From Minisyncoccota bacterium (GTDB taxonomy: Bacteria; Patescibacteriota; Minisyncoccia; Phycocordibacterales; SW-6-46-9): a DNA stretch of 52,713 nt. A program made the position numbers and the translations under genes. The notes under the pieces are model-generated. The model did no database searches and was not told where the DNA came from. It saw only the letters and a program-made list of their open reading frames with translations. The stretch is from assembly GCA_040904025.1 (NCBI GenBank), contig JBBDUG010000004.1:1-52713 (forward strand), given 5' to 3'. Shown here in pieces: positions 51,176 to 52,713 of the stretch (position 1 is its first letter; every line of letters starts with the position of its first letter).

Positions 51176-52713
51176 ATGAAAAGATCGTTATCTCATAATG
51201 ACATCAGAAGTTACCTGCATATAGGTGCCTTTTTGTTCAGCATACTCTTCTTTTCTTTTGCACTTTTTTCTCTTCCGTATTTTCTTGGAACGGCTCCAAA
51301 AGTAGAGGCGGGTTCATGTGATGCTCGAGTTAGTGCCGGAGGGGTAACTGCATACAATGGTCAGTCAAAAACGGTAACGGCTTCAAGTCGCTGGGTCTCT
51401 GTTTATTTCTATGGCGACGCAAGTGGAAACAATAGCCAAGCTCGTTGGAGTAGTGATGGTAATTGGTCGAGTTGGAAGAGTAATCTTCCTATGTCTTTTT
51501 CAAATACTCAGTACGTAAATGGGGGCTCTGAGACGTATAGTGTACAGTCCGAGGGAGGATTTTGGTGGCACAGAGTGAATTGTTCGGCAAGTGTTACAGT
51601 GAGATATCAAAATCCTCCAAGCGCCGTTATCAGTGCAAATCCTTCGAGTATAACTGAGCCCGAGACTACTGACATTGATTACGTTTGCTATAACTCTCGT
51701 CGGGCGTATATCAATGGGCATTATATAGACTACCGTTCAACTGACGGTACGCTTAGAGGTACAAAAACATATCAGCCGTCGAGCGATCAAACCTATACAC
51801 TCAGATGTACAAATACAGACGGAGATGCAGATACTGACTCGGTAACAGTGGATGTTACTACTCCTCCCCGTTGTTCTATTTCGATGCGTGCAGGCTCAAG
51901 CACTGTGTCTCCTGGAGAATCAACAAGGATAACTTGGGAATCAACTTATGATGCAGATGGAACGTTAATAGCTTCAGGTCAGTGGGGTCAGCAGCAAGCG
52001 AAAAAGAATGATTGGGGATCAGAAGTTGTTACCCCCCCTTCATCTCCTGGTACATACACCTATGGTTTGAGTGGTTCTGATATTTTAAGCAGAGGTTGTT
52101 CTGATTCAGTATCAGTAACTGTATCCTCGCCACCACCTATAGCAACACTGAGCGCAATAGATAGTTCTGTGTATAAAGGAGAAGGTGCACGCTTAAGTTA
52201 TAGTTGTGAGAATTCAGATGAATACTCTGTTAATACCCAACCAAAAACTAGTGCAAGCGGTACGCATACTCAGTCATGGAATACAAGTGGAACAAAAAGC
52301 AATAGTCTCGTTTGTAGCGACAGGGCTTCTGGTTTGTCTGACAGCGATGGCGCATCTGTTGAAGTTGTGAATCGCTCACCAAATGCTCGATACGAGTGGT
52401 CTAGTGCAGATGGTGGAGATACTATATACATCAACGTCATCTCAAATGACTCTGATCCCGATGGGGATAGCGTTAGACTTAGTTCAGTAGGGGGTGCAAA
52501 TTACGGAAATGCCTCAGAGAGTGGTGGGCGTATACGCTATACCGCACCATCTAACCTCGATGGCATTGATGTGATTAGATATACCATCGTAGATGATGAT
52601 GGTAATAATCCGAAAACGGATTCAACCTATTCATATGTACGAGTCTCAGAAGAAGTGAACCCTCCCTCAGTCTCTCTCTCCGTCTCACCATCTTCGGTAG
52701 ACTACGGAGACCC
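51176..52713 (+). CDS. Large secreted repetitive (Ig/cadherin-like, adhesin-like) protein, 3' truncated by the window edge
   Basis: Not on the ORF track. I translated from the ATG at 51176 and found no stop up to 52713. N-terminal TM/signal (IGAFLFSILFFSFALFSL). Repeated ~90-aa beta modules with conserved Cys pairs. INVISNDSDPDGDSV cadherin/VCBS-like motif. Confidence 0.7.
   Translation, partial: MKRSLSHNDIRSYLHIGAFLFSILFFSFALFSLPYFLGTAPKVEAGSCDARVSAGGVTAYNGQSKTVTASSRWVSVYFYGDASGNNSQARWSSDGNWSSWKSNLPMSFSNTQYVNGGSETYSVQSEGGFWWHRVNCSASVTVRYQNPPSAVISANPSSITEPETTDIDYVCYNSRRAYINGHYIDYRSTDGTLRGTKTYQPSSDQTYTLRCTNTDGDADTDSVTVDVTTPPRCSISMRAGSSTVSPGESTRITWESTYDADGTLIASGQWGQQQAKKNDWGSEVVTPPSSPGTYTYGLSGSDILSRGCSDSVSVTVSSPPPIATLSAIDSSVYKGEGARLSYSCENSDEYSVNTQPKTSASGTHTQSWNTSGTKSNSLVCSDRASGLSDSDGASVEVVNRSPNARYEWSSADGGDTIYINVISNDSDPDGDSVRLSSVGGANYGNASESGGRIRYTAPSNLDGIDVIRYTIVDDDGNNPKTDSTYSYVRVSEEVNPPSVSLSVSPSSVDYGD

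Noticed and set aside
1-52713. CRISPR arrays, IS elements/transposases, integrases, rRNA genes, and an alternative genetic code (UGA as a sense codon)
   Set aside because: No regularly spaced repeats, transposase-like ORFs or integrase-like ORFs were seen. No rRNA-like sequence is present. Well-conserved genes (for example folD and the DUF389-like gene) end at TGA at the expected length, so the standard code 11 applies.

Overview
This 52.7 kb window is densely coded and uses the standard genetic code. Its gene content looks like a small-genome Patescibacteria/CPR (Parcubacteria-like) bacterium; that placement is inferred from gene content and organisation, and no database search was possible. 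Positions 1 to about 41,000 are mostly core housekeeping. They hold secD-secF, secE-nusG-rplK (with no rplA following), argS, ileS, metG, rpsF-ssb-rpsR, a recA/ftsK operon, recO, rmuC and a P-type ATPase. A loose folate/one-carbon/thymidylate neighbourhood is also present: folD, a CofE-like ligase overlapping folB, folA, dcd, thyA and glyA. From about 41,500 to the end the content becomes accessory. It includes a MazF-like toxin, a two-gene cassette next to an initiator-type tRNA-Met, three paralogous small membrane-anchored proteins, two paralogous lipoproteins and the start of a giant adhesin-like protein. Five observations stand out. (1) At 44.56-46.45 kb there is a microviridin-like graspetide (RiPP) locus. 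It pairs an MdnC/MvdD-type ATP-grasp ligase with a convergent 62-aa precursor whose leader carries PFLTRFI (compare the microviridin leader PFFARFL) and whose core is non-canonical. (2) A complete histidine-phosphatase (PGAM-like) domain is inserted in frame into IleRS. (3) The perfect DnaA-box 9-mer TTATCCACA occurs four times, each 31-32 nt upstream of a -10 box in front of a surface or secreted protein gene. (4) A CofE-family glutamyl ligase appears translationally coupled to folB. (5) Several structured RNA or attenuator candidates are present. All RNA structures, promoters and terminators were found by eye, and no numerical scores were computed.
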